Shown here in pieces: positions 30,127 to 43,124 of a stretch of DNA of 64,000 nt. The notes under the pieces were generated by a model, which saw only the letters and a program-made list of their open reading frames with translations, made no database searches and had not been told where the DNA came from. A program made the translations under genes and the position numbers. How positions within the stretch are numbered: position 1 is the stretch's first letter; each line of letters begins with the position of its first letter. The DNA is from Candidatus Culexmicrobium cathedralense (GTDB lineage Archaea > Thermoproteota > Methanomethylicia > Culexarchaeales > Culexmicrobiaceae). The DNA lies in assembly GCA_025061115.1 (NCBI GenBank), contig JANZKC010000004.1, positions 32,001 through 96,000 of the forward strand, in the 5' to 3' direction.

Positions 30127-31185
30127 ATGAGCAAGGCCATTAAAGTTGATAAGAGACTTGGAAGTAAAGCTATTTCCACATTGAAAAAGATGAAGTTGCT
30201 GGATAGAAGGAAAAAAGTTAAGTGTATTGGTAATTTTCTGTTAATACCAATTTTGAGAGTCCTAAATGATGATGAAGCCCAGTTCTTTATGAATCAAGTG
30301 GGTTCCTTTGATATTTGCAAAACGTCTTTTGAGCCTAGAAAGCTAAGACCTAGAAACCTGATTGAAGCTCTTGATGGCATTCTATCTCCTTCAGAATTAG
30401 CTTCTCTCCCTCGATCTTTTGATATTATTGGAGACATCGCGATTGTGGAGATCCCTCCCGAGCTATCTGATGTCAAGGGAATAATTGGTGAAGCAATTGT
30501 CAAAGTACATCCAAAGGTAAAAGCCGTGTTTGCCAAGGCAGGACCTGTGGCCGGCACCTTTAGAACTCGAAGTTTAGAGCATATTTACGGTGAGTTCAAA
30601 ACTATAACAGTACATAAGGAGTACGGCTGCACTTTTAAGGTCGATGTTCTTAGAACGTACTTTAGCCCGCGCCTTTCATTGGAACATTATCGCGTGGCAA
30701 GCCAAGTTAAGGATGGAGAGATTGTTGTTGACATGTTCTCTGGGGTCGGGCCATTTTCAATCATGATTGCAAAATATGCTAGTGCAACAGTATATGCAGT
30801 TGATGCAAATCCACATGCTATTCGCCTCTTAAATGAAAATAGGAAAATTAATAAGCTCAAAGGCGTTGTCTACCCGATTTTAGGAGATGCCAGGTCTGTT
30901 TTATCTTCATGTAGACTTGAGAATTCGGTGGACAGGGTGATTATGAATTTACCTGAGCAAGCGCATCTATTTCTCGATGTTGCCTGCAAACTATTAAGGT
31001 GTTCTGGAGTAATTCACTACTATGCGTTCGCTAATGGCGCGAATCCCATAAAGGATGCTGAAGCTAGGCTTATTGAAGCATTATCATCCTGCTATAAAGG
31101 TGACTTTCTGATTCTTTCCTCTAGAAAGGTTAAAATTATTGCTCCCCGCCGCTGGCACGTAGCTATTGATGTTAAGTTGCTGTAA
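30127..31185 (+). CDS. trm5: tRNA m1G37 methyltransferase Trm5 family
   Basis: [30 protein letters not shown]. Confidence 0.92.
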   Translation: MSKAIKVDKRLGSKAISTLKKMKLLDRRKKVKCIGNFLLIPILRVLNDDEAQFFMNQVGSFDICKTSFEPRKLRPRNLIEALDGILSPSELASLPRSFDIIGDIAIVEIPPELSDVKGIIGEAIVKVHPKVKAVFAKAGPVAGTFRTRSLEHIYGEFKTITVHKEYGCTFKVDVLRTYFSPRLSLEHYRVASQVKDGEIVVDMFSGVGPFSIMIAKYASATVYAVDANPHAIRLLNENRKINKLKGVVYPILGDARSVLSSCRLENSVDRVIMNLPEQAHLFLDVACKLLRCSGVIHYYAFANGANPIKDAEARLIEALSSCYKGDFLILSSRKVKIIAPRRWHVAIDVKLL

Positions 31186-31193
31186 GTTTCACT

Positions 31194-31628
31194 TCAAGCT
31201 CCGAGTTCTGCTACTATTTTCACGGTAACTTCCTTCCAGAACTCTCTCCTCAACTTCATTATTAGCTTTCTGTCCAAGTCCTTGGCAGCTTTATTCGCCC
31301 TTATCATAAAGGTTCGTGGGCAAATAAAATCGCTTTTCCTGCCAACTAGGCTTATAGGGTCTGTTAAGGTTAGCTTAGGATTTCCAATGCCGACAATTTC
31401 ATCACGTAAGTCATCTACTTCAATTATCACTTTCACCTTTGCTCCGCTTCTGATGAGCTCTTTTAAATTGTTTGATAGGTTTAGGGCTCCTTTATCCGCG
31501 CCTACAACTATTATGCAGTCTCCTCTTGGAGTCAGACGCTCTTCCCTTGTTATTTCAAAAGTTGTTTCATGGAGTGCTCGAATATTCGGATGACCATGTC
31601 CCTTTATCACTTCTTTCACTATTTTCAC
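31194..31628 (-). CDS. DUF371 family protein
   Basis: GHPNIRALHxTTFEIT, LTPRGDCII, RKS. Confidence 0.9.
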   Translation of the reverse strand: MKIVKEVIKGHGHPNIRALHETTFEITREERLTPRGDCIIVVGADKGALNLSNNLKELIRSGAKVKVIIEVDDLRDEIVGIGNPKLTLTDPISLVGRKSDFICPRTFMIRANKAAKDLDRKLIMKLRREFWKEVTVKIVAELGA

Positions 31629-31673
31629 ATACTTTTATACCAGTGTTTTATTCAATTATATTTTGTGTGCTTT

Positions 31674-32360
31674 ATGCAGGGCGACAAGTTTGTGAGAGAA
31701 AGAGAGCGATTAATCAATAGGCTGATTCGCGAGGGGATTCTCAAAGATCCTAAAGTTATTAAGGCGATGCTCAAGGTGCCAAGAGAGGAGTTCGTTCCGG
31801 AGAAGTATAAGCAACATGCCTATATTGATTCACCTCTGCCTACGCTGAATGGACAGACTATTTCTGCTCCTCACATGGTCGCGATGATGTGCGAGTTACT
31901 GGACTTGGATGTTGGGCATAAAGTTCTAGAAGTGGGAACGGGGTCGGGCTATCATGCAGCAGTTTGCGCTGAAATCGTTGCTCCATCAGATGTTGATTCT
32001 AAGCTTTGGGGCCACGTGTATTCCATTGAACGGGTTCCAAGACTTGCAGTTTTCGCCAGGAACAATTTAGAGAGAACAGGGTATAGCGATAAAGTTACAG
32101 TTATTGTCGGCGATGGGACATTAGGTTATTCACCGGCCGCTCCTTACGATAGAATTCTCGTCACAGCAGCAGCACCAAACATACCTAAACCGCTTATTGA
32201 GCAGCTTGCACTTAATGGCAGGATAGTCATTCCTGTTGGTGGCACTTACTACCAAGAGTTAATTGTCGGAGTTAAAATTTCTGACAGCGAAATTAAGACT
32301 TATAGTGCAGGCGGCTGCGTTTTCGTGCCATTAATTGGCAGATATGGATGGCGCTTCTAG
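31674..32360 (+). CDS. pcm: protein-L-isoaspartate O-methyltransferase
   Basis: QTISAPHMV, LEVGTGSGY, APYDRI, FVPLIG. Confidence 0.96.
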   Translation: MQGDKFVRERERLINRLIREGILKDPKVIKAMLKVPREEFVPEKYKQHAYIDSPLPTLNGQTISAPHMVAMMCELLDLDVGHKVLEVGTGSGYHAAVCAEIVAPSDVDSKLWGHVYSIERVPRLAVFARNNLERTGYSDKVTVIVGDGTLGYSPAAPYDRILVTAAAPNIPKPLIEQLALNGRIVIPVGGTYYQELIVGVKISDSEIKTYSAGGCVFVPLIGRYGWRF

Positions 32361-32372
32361 CCATTCTAGGTG

Positions 32373-33422
32373 TTAGCGCACCTTAAACCAGAGCTCTAAG
32401 CTAGCTTGCTTATGATGTTCTTCAAACGCCTTTAAAGCTCTTCCTACAGCTTTCTTAACTCTCTCGGGTGAAAAATCATGTTCTTTACATAAAATGTCCA
32501 TTATTGCTTCTTCATCAGGTTTCCTCCACTTTAACTTATAGTTTCCAGATACCTGAGGCTTCAAGAATATCTCCCTTATCGCGCTTGGTTCAACTGGAAA
32601 TGCGGCTTCCCTTAATTGTTTTAGCGCATTTTCAAGCGATCCGTGCATTTTAATTAGTCGTAGTGCGGTTTTAGGTCCAACTCCTTTAATTCCTTCTGGA
32701 TTATAATCTGTTCCGATGAGTATTGCAATATCTATTAATTGCTCTCTTGATATCCCTAAGCCGCTAAGCACCTTATCGAGTCGGATGACTTCAGGGTTTA
32801 TTTCGATGTACTCCCTCTTCCTAGGCAGCTTCCTCCTGCCTGAAATTGTTAAGTTTCTAACTAAGCGGGGGGCTCCGAAAAGTAGTGAATCATAATCTTG
32901 GCTGGCAGTCCCCCATACATCTCCTTTCTGAGCCATGTATGCTGCTTGAGCCTCTCCCTCCGAGGGAGCCTGAACCCAAGGTATTCCTAGGGCGTCAAGC
33001 AGTTTCTTTGCGTCATCAACCATTTCCTCAGTTAGCCTTGCCGTTTGCTGGGCATAAATTCTGGCGTCCTCTAAATCTCCTCGCCTTAGAGCTTCTTCAT
33101 ATTTCACTGCAGCTTCTTCCTTGAGCTTCTTGCGCCTCATGATCTCCATTTCTTTAATTTCTGGCGGCGTCCCATCAAAAACGTAAACTGGCTTTATTCC
33201 CAGTTCTATGAAGTTCACCGTCCTGTAAAAAAGCCCGCTTAAGTGACTTGTAATTCTACCACGGGAGTCCTTTAAAGGTGTTCCATCGGGTTGCCTAATT
33301 ATTGCTAAGAACTGGTAAAGCGCGTTATAAGCATCAATTGCGAGTTTCTTCCCTTTAAAGAAGCTCATGTCAACTTGCTCTACAGCTTTTTCGGGGATGA
33401 TGTCTCTTAAGTTTACCCCCAA
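32373..33422 (-). CDS. fen: flap endonuclease 1
   Basis: IDAYNALYQF, EGEAQ, SQDYD, GTDY, C-terminal PIP box. Confidence 0.97.
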   Translation of the reverse strand: MGVNLRDIIPEKAVEQVDMSFFKGKKLAIDAYNALYQFLAIIRQPDGTPLKDSRGRITSHLSGLFYRTVNFIELGIKPVYVFDGTPPEIKEMEIMRRKKLKEEAAVKYEEALRRGDLEDARIYAQQTARLTEEMVDDAKKLLDALGIPWVQAPSEGEAQAAYMAQKGDVWGTASQDYDSLLFGAPRLVRNLTISGRRKLPRKREYIEINPEVIRLDKVLSGLGISREQLIDIAILIGTDYNPEGIKGVGPKTALRLIKMHGSLENALKQLREAAFPVEPSAIREIFLKPQVSGNYKLKWRKPDEEAIMDILCKEHDFSPERVKKAVGRALKAFEEHHKQASLELWFKVR

Positions 33423-33426
33423 AAAA

Positions 33427-33666
33427 TTAACCTCCAGTTGTTAGTAGGCTGACATTTCTTAAGCCCTTTTTCGTGGCCGTGACCATGATTACCCCCCAGA
33501 TTTCCAGCTTCATTAATGCTTTATTGAATTCCCTGAGGGAAACGCTGTTAAACCTTTGTTTCAAGCTTTCAAAAAGTTCATCCTCTCTCATAGCTTTTCT
33601 TCTCTGCAATATTGTGATTATGGCTGTCTCTAGGGGCTCCGGGGTCCAAATATCGTTCTTCACCAT
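33427..33666 (-). CDS. small winged-helix protein downstream of cdc48
   Basis: FNKALMKLEIxGxI motif; operon context. Confidence 0.7.
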   Translation of the reverse strand: MVKNDIWTPEPLETAIITILQRRKAMREDELFESLKQRFNSVSLREFNKALMKLEIWGVIMVTATKKGLRNVSLLTTGG

Positions 33667-33674
33667 GTTTTCAC

Positions 33675-35897
<2,223 letters not shown>

Positions 35898-35952
35898 CTA
35901 CTTTAAACTTCTCTGCTTGATGTATATACTTTGTGGGGACAAGAGCTCTCAA

Positions 35953-36225
35953 TTACATCATCCTAGTCACATATTCGACATCGACTTGGCTCACTGATGG
36001 CACACTCAGTATTGCCTCCTCTATGGCCGTCGTGCCCCCCTCGCTCTGCTCTGGCATAACTATCGCCATTTTCAGCGCTTTTAGCCCGAAGGCTATGGGT
36101 TCTTCGGCTGTTTGAGCAACTTTGACGCCTTCTGGAAGCGCGGCGGCTATTTCCTTAGCCATATCTTCTAGGTTGACTTCAACTTCCTTGGGATATACTT
36201 TTACTATGACTAGCACCTTTCCCAT
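35953..36225 (-). CDS. ef1b: elongation factor 1-beta
   Basis: EEPIAFGLKAL. Confidence 0.95.
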   Translation of the reverse strand: MGKVLVIVKVYPKEVEVNLEDMAKEIAAALPEGVKVAQTAEEPIAFGLKALKMAIVMPEQSEGGTTAIEEAILSVPSVSQVDVEYVTRMM

Positions 36226-36237
36226 AAGCTTCCCTCC

Positions 36238-36420
36238 TTAGGGCCCCACGAACCCACACTTAGGGCACTTGTACGCATTTGCTATGGATCTACAGCGCTT
36301 GCATCTCCACATTATGATTTCTCCACAGTTGGGGCATGGAAAGTTAACGCCCTTTTCTCCAGGCACAATTGGGCTTTTGCATGATATGCATATTGGCAGT
36401 TTTAGCTCCTCTGCAGCCAT
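36238..36420 (-). CDS. Zn-ribbon protein (DUF1610/HVO_2753-like)
   Basis: Four CxxC motifs, FPCPNCG, CPKCGFVGP; upstream of EF-1beta. Confidence 0.92.
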   Translation of the reverse strand: MAAEELKLPICISCKSPIVPGEKGVNFPCPNCGEIIMWRCKRCRSIANAYKCPKCGFVGP

Positions 36421-36572
36421 TCTCTTAGGACCTCCAAGTCTTGATTCAGTTTATAAATCCAAAATAAAAGCTTTCTCTTTCAAATACTGAAATGAACGTG
36501 CAAGAGGTCGCTGCAAACCATGGGTGAGGAAGCAATGTTCTTTAATTCAAGTTGGCAATATCACTAGTAGTT

Positions 36573-36932
36573 ATGATCGAGGAGATTAAGCAGGTCATAG
36601 TGGTTAGAAGTGACATTAGCATGAGTAAGGGAAAACTTGCAGCTCAAGTTGCGCATGCAGCCGTAAGTGCTGCTGAAGAAGCGCGTATTAGACATCCCTT
36701 CTGGTGGAGGCTGTGGTTTTCTACGGGGCAGAAGAAAGTGGTTTTAAAGGTAAAAGGTAAGGAAGAGCTTTTAGAAATACTACGTCAAGCTTATTCTTTG
36801 AATATCCCTGCAGCATTAATTAGAGATAGGGGGTTAACTGAGCTTCCTCCCGGAACTATAACATGCGTTGGAATTGGACCGGCTCCTTCCAAGATTATTG
36901 ATAAGATAACGGGCAACTTATCACTACTTTGA
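36573..36932 (+). CDS. pth2: peptidyl-tRNA hydrolase Pth2
   Basis: MSKGKLAAQVAHA, DRGLTE, GIGP. Confidence 0.95.
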   Translation: MIEEIKQVIVVRSDISMSKGKLAAQVAHAAVSAAEEARIRHPFWWRLWFSTGQKKVVLKVKGKEELLEILRQAYSLNIPAALIRDRGLTELPPGTITCVGIGPAPSKIIDKITGNLSLL

Positions 36933-36942
36933 GGTAAGAGAC

Positions 36943-38271
36943 TTGTTTACTAAGACTCTCTCAGATTTAGAACGAGAGCTAGGATTAAAGTATTACTTGA
37001 CAAATGTCCCTCCAATTGGCGGGAAGATTCGATTACATTATGAGGACTTCATTGTTGAGGAAGTCTTAAGAGATGGGACTGTAATTTCTGCAGATTCACG
37101 TAAAAAGGTAAGGATTCCCATCGGCGGCGAAGGCGATTATGTCCGAGCAATTTTGGTTAAACGAGGCTGCGATACGCTATCAGCAATATACCTCCTAGCA
37201 AGAACCTGTAATGTGCCTCTCCATGCAATCTCATATTTAGGATTGAAGGACGCAAGAGCTGTGTCCGCACAACTCATAAGCATTAAAAATTGCGAAGTAC
37301 CGTTAATGCGTTTTGAAGATAAGAGAAAGCGGGTGGCGATTACTCAATATGTCCGCTCTCCTTTTCCAGTAAAGCGCCATGAGCTATATGGAAACGTGTT
37401 CACTATAACTATACGGAGAATTCCTCTACCTCCAGAAGAAATATCCTCCAGATTAAATGAATTTCTAAGGCAAGTACGTTCTTTTGGAGGTCTTCCAGCC
37501 TACTTTGGACATCAGCGATTTGGAACTATAAAGCCAGTGTCACATAAAGTTGGTAAAGCTCTTCTGCTAAATGATTTTGAAGGTGCCGTAAAGCACATCT
37601 TAACGAATTCTCAAGATGATTTTTTACGTAAAAGGCGAGGAATCACAGCTAAGGCGCTGAATTATGAAGTTTTAATTATTAATCATCTATTGAAGAAGCG
37701 AGGGGACTTTGCTGGCGCACTTAGGAAGGTTCCAACAATACTTCTGAGGTTATTTATCCATGCATACCAATCGTACTTATTCAATAAAATGTTGAGCAAA
37801 CGCATAGACCTTGGCTTACCTCTAAATCGCGCAGTCATAGGTGATGTAGTGGGCTTTCCAAAGGCTGGCAGCATTGATCCGTCACGCGTCTTCCTGGTTG
37901 AGAAGCACAACCTTGAGAAGATTAACAAGCTTATTGAGAAGGGCTTAATGTCTGTGGTCTTGCCAGTTGTTGGATTTAAGACGAAAGTTTTTCCCAAGTA
38001 TAATGCTGCGGAGCCAGTACTATCCATTCTCGAAGAAGAGGGGATATTAAGGGGTTCATTTGCTGTCCCTCATTCTCCCAAACTCAAATGTCCTGGAACC
38101 TATCGCCCAACAACCTTTAATTTTGAAAATTTCAAAATTGTTCAACTTTCATCAGATAGGGATGGCAGTTCCAAGCTCGTACTGCGCTTCCAATTGAGGC
38201 GCGGTTTTTATGCGACGGTAGTTTTGAGAGAGATCATTAAGCCCAGCAATGTCTTGGAATGTGGCTTTTAA
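36943..38271 (+). CDS. truD: tRNA pseudouridine(13) synthase TruD
   Basis: DFIVEE, GLKDARAVSAQ, YFGHQRFG, HAYQSYLFN. Confidence 0.93.
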   Translation: MFTKTLSDLERELGLKYYLTNVPPIGGKIRLHYEDFIVEEVLRDGTVISADSRKKVRIPIGGEGDYVRAILVKRGCDTLSAIYLLARTCNVPLHAISYLGLKDARAVSAQLISIKNCEVPLMRFEDKRKRVAITQYVRSPFPVKRHELYGNVFTITIRRIPLPPEEISSRLNEFLRQVRSFGGLPAYFGHQRFGTIKPVSHKVGKALLLNDFEGAVKHILTNSQDDFLRKRRGITAKALNYEVLIINHLLKKRGDFAGALRKVPTILLRLFIHAYQSYLFNKMLSKRIDLGLPLNRAVIGDVVGFPKAGSIDPSRVFLVEKHNLEKINKLIEKGLMSVVLPVVGFKTKVFPKYNAAEPVLSILEEEGILRGSFAVPHSPKLKCPGTYRPTTFNFENFKIVQLSSDRDGSSKLVLRFQLRRGFYATVVLREIIKPSNVLECGF

Positions 38272-38275
38272 GGAA

Positions 38276-39610
38276 TTAAGGCACAAGTCTATTTTTGTCT
38301 CGCGGAAATAGCGTTACTTCCCTTATGTTTCTCATGCCCGTCATGATCATTAGAAGTCTTTGAAACCCTAGTCCCCAACCTGCATGTGGAGGCATTCCAT
38401 ATTCAAAGTATGTTAGGAAGGGCTCGAATTTTTCTGGGTTCAAGTTTTGCTCTTTCATCCGTTCAATAAGCAATTCCTTTATATGAATTCTTGTTCCACC
38501 GCTAGCTAGTTCAAGCCAGGACCAGTTTAAGTCGAAGGAGTCTGTAATTTCCGGCTTATCCTCTTTTGGTTTTATGTAGAATGGCTTCAATATTCTGGGC
38601 CAATCAACAATAAAGTATGGCTCATCAAATATTTCTCCTAGCTTTCTATTAGCTGCGGTGGGTAAATCCTCTCCCCAATTTATCTCGAATCCCTGTTCTC
38701 TAAGTATTTCAAGCGCCTCATCATATGTTATTCTTTTAAATGGCGTTCTAGGAACTTCAATCTTGCGATTTAATAACTTGAGCTCCGCTGCGCATCGTTT
38801 TTTAACCTCTTTAATTACGCTCACTATTAGTCTCTCCAAGACGTCCATAACGTCTTTGGCATCAGCGAATGCAACCTCAATATCCACTGATATGAATTCA
38901 TTCAAGTGATAAGTCGTATCCGACTCTTCAGCTCTATAAAATTGAGCAATTTCAAATACCTTCTCGAATGCTGACGTCAATACTTCCTTGTATAGTTGAG
39001 GGCTTTGAGCTAGAAAAGCCTCTTTTTCAAAGTAGGCAACGGGAAAAAGCGCTGCTCCTCCTTCAGTGGCAGTTGCCAGTATCTTAGGCGTGACAACTTC
39101 CATGAAGCCTTCTCCTATCAAGAACTTCCTTATGGCATTGAGTGCAGTGTGGTGTACTTTGAATATGGCTAGGTTTTTCGGAATGCGCAAGTCAAGTATG
39201 CGCGCATTCAATCTAGTATCTAGATCTGCAGGTACTCTTCCAGTAGTATCTATTGGAAGGGGCGATTTAGCGACATTTAGTATTTTTATTTCAGATGGAA
39301 TTAGCTCCACTCCTCTAGGAGCTGTAGGCATAGCTCGTACCTTTCCCTTAATTCCGATAACGCTCTCCCTCTTCAACTTCTTTACTTTCTTGAGAATTTC
39401 CTTTGAAACCAACTTCTTAGGCATTGTCACTTGGATGGCTCCCTCTCTATCTCTCAGTATTAGGAATTTTATTCCGCCAAGATCCCTTACTTCTAATACC
39501 CATCCAAATACAACTACTTCCTTTCCGTCTATTTCAGGGGTGATTTGGCTAGTGTAATGCGTTCTTCTCCAGCTTCCCAAGTCGTCTAGGAGCATCTTCA
39601 GAGGCCTCAC
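38276..39610 (-). CDS. aspS: aspartate--tRNA ligase (archaeal type)
   Basis: LAQSPQLYK, YRAE, GMPPHAGWGLG, FPRD. Confidence 0.96.
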   Translation of the reverse strand: MRPLKMLLDDLGSWRRTHYTSQITPEIDGKEVVVFGWVLEVRDLGGIKFLILRDREGAIQVTMPKKLVSKEILKKVKKLKRESVIGIKGKVRAMPTAPRGVELIPSEIKILNVAKSPLPIDTTGRVPADLDTRLNARILDLRIPKNLAIFKVHHTALNAIRKFLIGEGFMEVVTPKILATATEGGAALFPVAYFEKEAFLAQSPQLYKEVLTSAFEKVFEIAQFYRAEESDTTYHLNEFISVDIEVAFADAKDVMDVLERLIVSVIKEVKKRCAAELKLLNRKIEVPRTPFKRITYDEALEILREQGFEINWGEDLPTAANRKLGEIFDEPYFIVDWPRILKPFYIKPKEDKPEITDSFDLNWSWLELASGGTRIHIKELLIERMKEQNLNPEKFEPFLTYFEYGMPPHAGWGLGFQRLLMIMTGMRNIREVTLFPRDKNRLVP

Positions 39611-40110
39611 TCTGCTAGTATACGTACAGTCTCTTTAGTAAATTCGGAAATTACTCTTTCTGCCTGCTCCTTTCCAATGCTTAGCCTTCTCAGATCTGAC
39701 TTAAGTACTCTGATGTAATTCTCTCTACTGCCATCCGGCAGCCAAACAATATTAACGCCCAAAACTCTGGCTGGGGCAAGAACTTGCTCAGCTATTTGGC
39801 GTATACTTGCGGTTTTCTCAATTATTCTCACGGGCTTACCAATTTTACTGGTTAACACTCTTGAAATTCTATTCCATAATGGTCGAAGGGACCTTCCATC
39901 ACTTTTAACTAATACTATAAGCATTTTCTCCGTATCTACAGCCTTAAAGAAGGTGGCATCCTTTAATGCGGGGAACCTATTCTCTAATTCAAGAAAGTGC
40001 TTCCCAATTTCAATATCTAAAGAAGTTATTTCTCCTCTATCTAATTTCTCTTGGCAACTTGGACATAATATTCCGCTTTTTATGCACACGAGGCATATAG
40101 GTAGTTTCAC
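39607..40110 (-). CDS. archaeal NusA-like KH protein with N-terminal Cys cluster
   Basis: PICxxCxKSGILCPxC, VLGVNIVWLPDG. Confidence 0.85.
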   Translation of the reverse strand: MKLPICLVCIKSGILCPSCQEKLDRGEITSLDIEIGKHFLELENRFPALKDATFFKAVDTEKMLIVLVKSDGRSLRPLWNRISRVLTSKIGKPVRIIEKTASIRQIAEQVLAPARVLGVNIVWLPDGSRENYIRVLKSDLRRLSIGKEQAERVISEFTKETVRILAE

Positions 40111-40173
40111 GAAAGTTTAACCCCCAGCTATTAAAGAAATAAGGAATAATTGTATGTTGGCAAAGCGCTTGAT

Positions 40174-40455
40174 CTACTTCTTGCCTCTTGTTAGTACGAC
40201 TGATATTGTGCTGGTGTTTATTGTTCTTCCGTCCTGGGTGGTTATCTGCTCTGTTCCTATTTCGATGTTCTTAATTTTAACGTCCGTTAGGAACCTATTC
40301 CTAACGATTTCAACTATGTCAACAGCTTTGCTTATAGCTCTGCCCCTAGCTTTTACACTTATTTCCTTTGCTCCTTGGTGAAATAGCGTCAAACATGCTA
40401 GGACATAGTTCATTATTGGCTTGTTTCCTACTAGCACAGCGTTTTCCTGAGCCAT
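40174..40455 (-). CDS. albA: chromatin protein Alba
   Basis: [22 protein letters not shown] (DNA/RNA-binding Alba, unrelated to the subtilosin maturase AlbA). Confidence 0.96.
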   Translation of the reverse strand: MAQENAVLVGNKPIMNYVLACLTLFHQGAKEISVKARGRAISKAVDIVEIVRNRFLTDVKIKNIEIGTEQITTQDGRTINTSTISVVLTRGKK

Positions 40456-40613
40456 TCAACTCCCTCCCTTATGTTTTCTAGATATAGGCTTAGAGATAGT
40501 TCTACTTGGACCTTTATAAGATTTAGGCTGTCTTGTTGGAAGTTCGTCCTCCAGTTTTCTTTGAGCGAAACATATTAGAGGAGGTCTTTTACATATGTCA
40601 CAAGGGTTTACTT

Positions 40614-41099
40614 ATGACAAGTAATGCGCAATCAGATTTCATGTTGACAGAGCGACAGCGCTTCTTACTTATGAAGCTATACGAGAGCTCGAAAAGCATG
40701 AACGTTTATACCGTCACTAAATCTCAAAGCGAACTTGCAAGAGAGCTAGGCATCACTCGCCAAGCACTTAGCATACATCTAAGGAAGTTCAAGGAGGAAG
40801 GATTGATACGAACGGGGAGGGGGTTCATCGACTTAACTGAAAAGGCGCTTAAAGCATTGCAGATCAGATCAGCGGACGCTTTCGTATTTATCAAGGTTCA
40901 GCCTCAATTGCGAAATGAAGCTTATAGAAAAATCAGTAAATTGCAAGCAATAAACAAACTATTTAGAGTTACTGGAGATATAGATCTGATAGCAGTTGTA
41001 GATCAGTCCACTCTGGATAAATTTCTTAAAGATGTATCTAAAGTTGAAGGAGTAGTTTTGACTTCAGCTCACATCGTAATCGAACCATTAAAGGAGTAG
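40614..41099 (+). CDS. Lrp/AsnC-family transcriptional regulator
   Basis: HTH QSELARELGITRQAL; RAM domain RVTGDIDL. Confidence 0.88.
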   Translation: MTSNAQSDFMLTERQRFLLMKLYESSKSMNVYTVTKSQSELARELGITRQALSIHLRKFKEEGLIRTGRGFIDLTEKALKALQIRSADAFVFIKVQPQLRNEAYRKISKLQAINKLFRVTGDIDLIAVVDQSTLDKFLKDVSKVEGVVLTSAHIVIEPLKE

Positions 41100-41112
41100 G
41101 GGGTCTACTGAC

Positions 41113-42252
41113 GTGAAGTTCTTTGAATATGAGGCAAAGGAAGTTTTTAAAGCATATGGAATTCCAACACCAGAGGGTCGTGTTGCGTTTACGCCTGCTG
41201 AGGCTAGGGAAATTGCTGCGGAGTTAAATAAACCAGTTGCAATTAAGGTTCAAGTGCTCGTCGGCGGAAGAGGGAAAGCTGGCGGAATTCGCTTTGCAAA
41301 CACGCCTGAAGAAGCTGAAAAAATCGCCGCTAACCTTCTTGGAAGCACTTTTAAGGGGCTTAAAGTTGATGCCGTTCTCGTCGAGGAAAAACTATCCATT
41401 GGGAGAGAATTTTACCTGGGCATTACCATCGACCGGGCAGCTAAGAGGCTCGTAGCTATTGCGAGTGCAAAGGGCGGAGTAGACATTGAGGAAATAGCTA
41501 GGCAATATCCCAACTTGATAGTTAAAGAGCACATCGATCCTCTAGTTGGGTTCTATCCCTTTATGGCACGGCGAATGCTTAAAGCCCTAAACTTTGAGGG
41601 CTCTCTCCTCACGGCAATGTCTCAAATTATGAAGAAGCTATATGACATAGCTATTGATTATGATGCAGAGCTAGTCGAGATAAACCCTCTAGTTTTAACA
41701 GAAGATGGCCGCCTCATGGCGGCAGATGCAAAGTTAAACGTTGATTCAGATGCACTATTTCGCCATCCGAACATAAAGAGCAAAGCAATTTCACATGAAA
41801 TCTCCTCTATTGAGGCTGAAGCTAAGGCAGCTGGCCTATCGTATGTTGAGCTAAATGGGGATATTGGAATTATAGGTAATGGAGCTGGACTAGTTATGAC
41901 GACGTTGGACCTCGTAAAGATATACGGCGGTTCTCCAGCAAACTTCCTAGATGTCGGAGGCGGCGCGGAAGAGAAGGTCATAGCAACTGCCCTTAAAATA
42001 TTAATAAACCACCCCCGGGTTAAGGTTATTCTAGTGAATATTTTCGGCGGCATAACTCGATGCGACGTTGTTGCAAGAGGAATTGTTTCAGCTTTAAAAT
42101 CCATTGAAAAGAGAAAGCCCATAGTAATAAGGCTTATAGGGACCAATGATGCAGAAGGCAGAGCCATTCTAGAGAATGAGGGTCTCTTAGCTTTATCGTC
42201 CATGGAGGAAGCCGCGAAAGCAGCTGTTGATGCAGCTCGCCGGGAGGTGTGA
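41113..42252 (+). CDS. sucC: succinyl-CoA synthetase beta subunit
   Basis: GGRGKAGG, EINPL, GNGAGL, NIFGGI. Confidence 0.94.
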   Translation: MKFFEYEAKEVFKAYGIPTPEGRVAFTPAEAREIAAELNKPVAIKVQVLVGGRGKAGGIRFANTPEEAEKIAANLLGSTFKGLKVDAVLVEEKLSIGREFYLGITIDRAAKRLVAIASAKGGVDIEEIARQYPNLIVKEHIDPLVGFYPFMARRMLKALNFEGSLLTAMSQIMKKLYDIAIDYDAELVEINPLVLTEDGRLMAADAKLNVDSDALFRHPNIKSKAISHEISSIEAEAKAAGLSYVELNGDIGIIGNGAGLVMTTLDLVKIYGGSPANFLDVGGGAEEKVIATALKILINHPRVKVILVNIFGGITRCDVVARGIVSALKSIEKRKPIVIRLIGTNDAEGRAILENEGLLALSSMEEAAKAAVDAARREV

Positions 42253-43124
42253 TTTTGGGGATAATTGTAGATGAGAAATCAAGAGTTATTGTTCAGGGTA
42301 TAACTGGTAGGCAGGGAAGATTCCACACCAAGCTCATGCTCGATTATGGAACGAAAATTGTAGCAGGAGTAACTCCCGGAAAGGGAGGGCAAAGCGTTCA
42401 CGGCGTTCCAGTGTATGATACCATTGCTGAAGCAATGGAGAAATCTCCTGCAGATACATCAATAGTATTCGTGCCAGCTCCATCTGCCCTAGATGCAGTA
42501 TCCGAAGCAATAATGTCTGGAATTAAAAACATCGTAGTTATTACTGAACACGTTCCCGTTCACGACGCCATAAAAATGATGGCGCTAGCGCGATTAAAAG
42601 GAGCAAGAATTGTAGGTCCAAACACGCCGGGCATAATAACTCCAGGAAAATGCAAAGTAGGCATCATGCCAGGCAACGTTTTCACCCCTGGAACCATTGG
42701 AATAGTTTCTCGAAGTGGAACTTTAACTTACGAGATAGCCCTAAATCTCACTAACGCTAATTTGGGCCAATCAACATGCATAGGAATCGGCGGCGACCCG
42801 GTAGTTGGGTTAAGCTTCATAGATGTTCTTGAACTATTCAGGGAAGATGAGCATACCAAAGCAGTTGTAATTATAGGCGAAATTGGAGGAGATGCGGAGG
42901 AAAAAGCTGCGGAGTACATCAAGCGAACCAACTATCCAAAGCCAGTGGTAGCCTTCATTGCTGGCAGAACCGCTCCTCCAGGCAAGAGAATGGGACATGC
43001 AGGCGCAATAATAACCGGCACATCAGGAACAGCTGAAAGCAAAATAAAAGCCTTCAACAATGCGGGAGTTCCCGTTGCTGAAAAACCCTCTGACGTCCCA
43101 AAGCTACTCAAGTCAGTAATGTGA
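42249..43124 (+). CDS. sucD: succinyl-CoA synthetase alpha subunit
   Basis: QGITG, GPN.PG, RMGHAGA. Confidence 0.94.
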   Translation: MILGIIVDEKSRVIVQGITGRQGRFHTKLMLDYGTKIVAGVTPGKGGQSVHGVPVYDTIAEAMEKSPADTSIVFVPAPSALDAVSEAIMSGIKNIVVITEHVPVHDAIKMMALARLKGARIVGPNTPGIITPGKCKVGIMPGNVFTPGTIGIVSRSGTLTYEIALNLTNANLGQSTCIGIGGDPVVGLSFIDVLELFREDEHTKAVVIIGEIGGDAEEKAAEYIKRTNYPKPVVAFIAGRTAPPGKRMGHAGAIITGTSGTAESKIKAFNNAGVPVAEKPSDVPKLLKSVM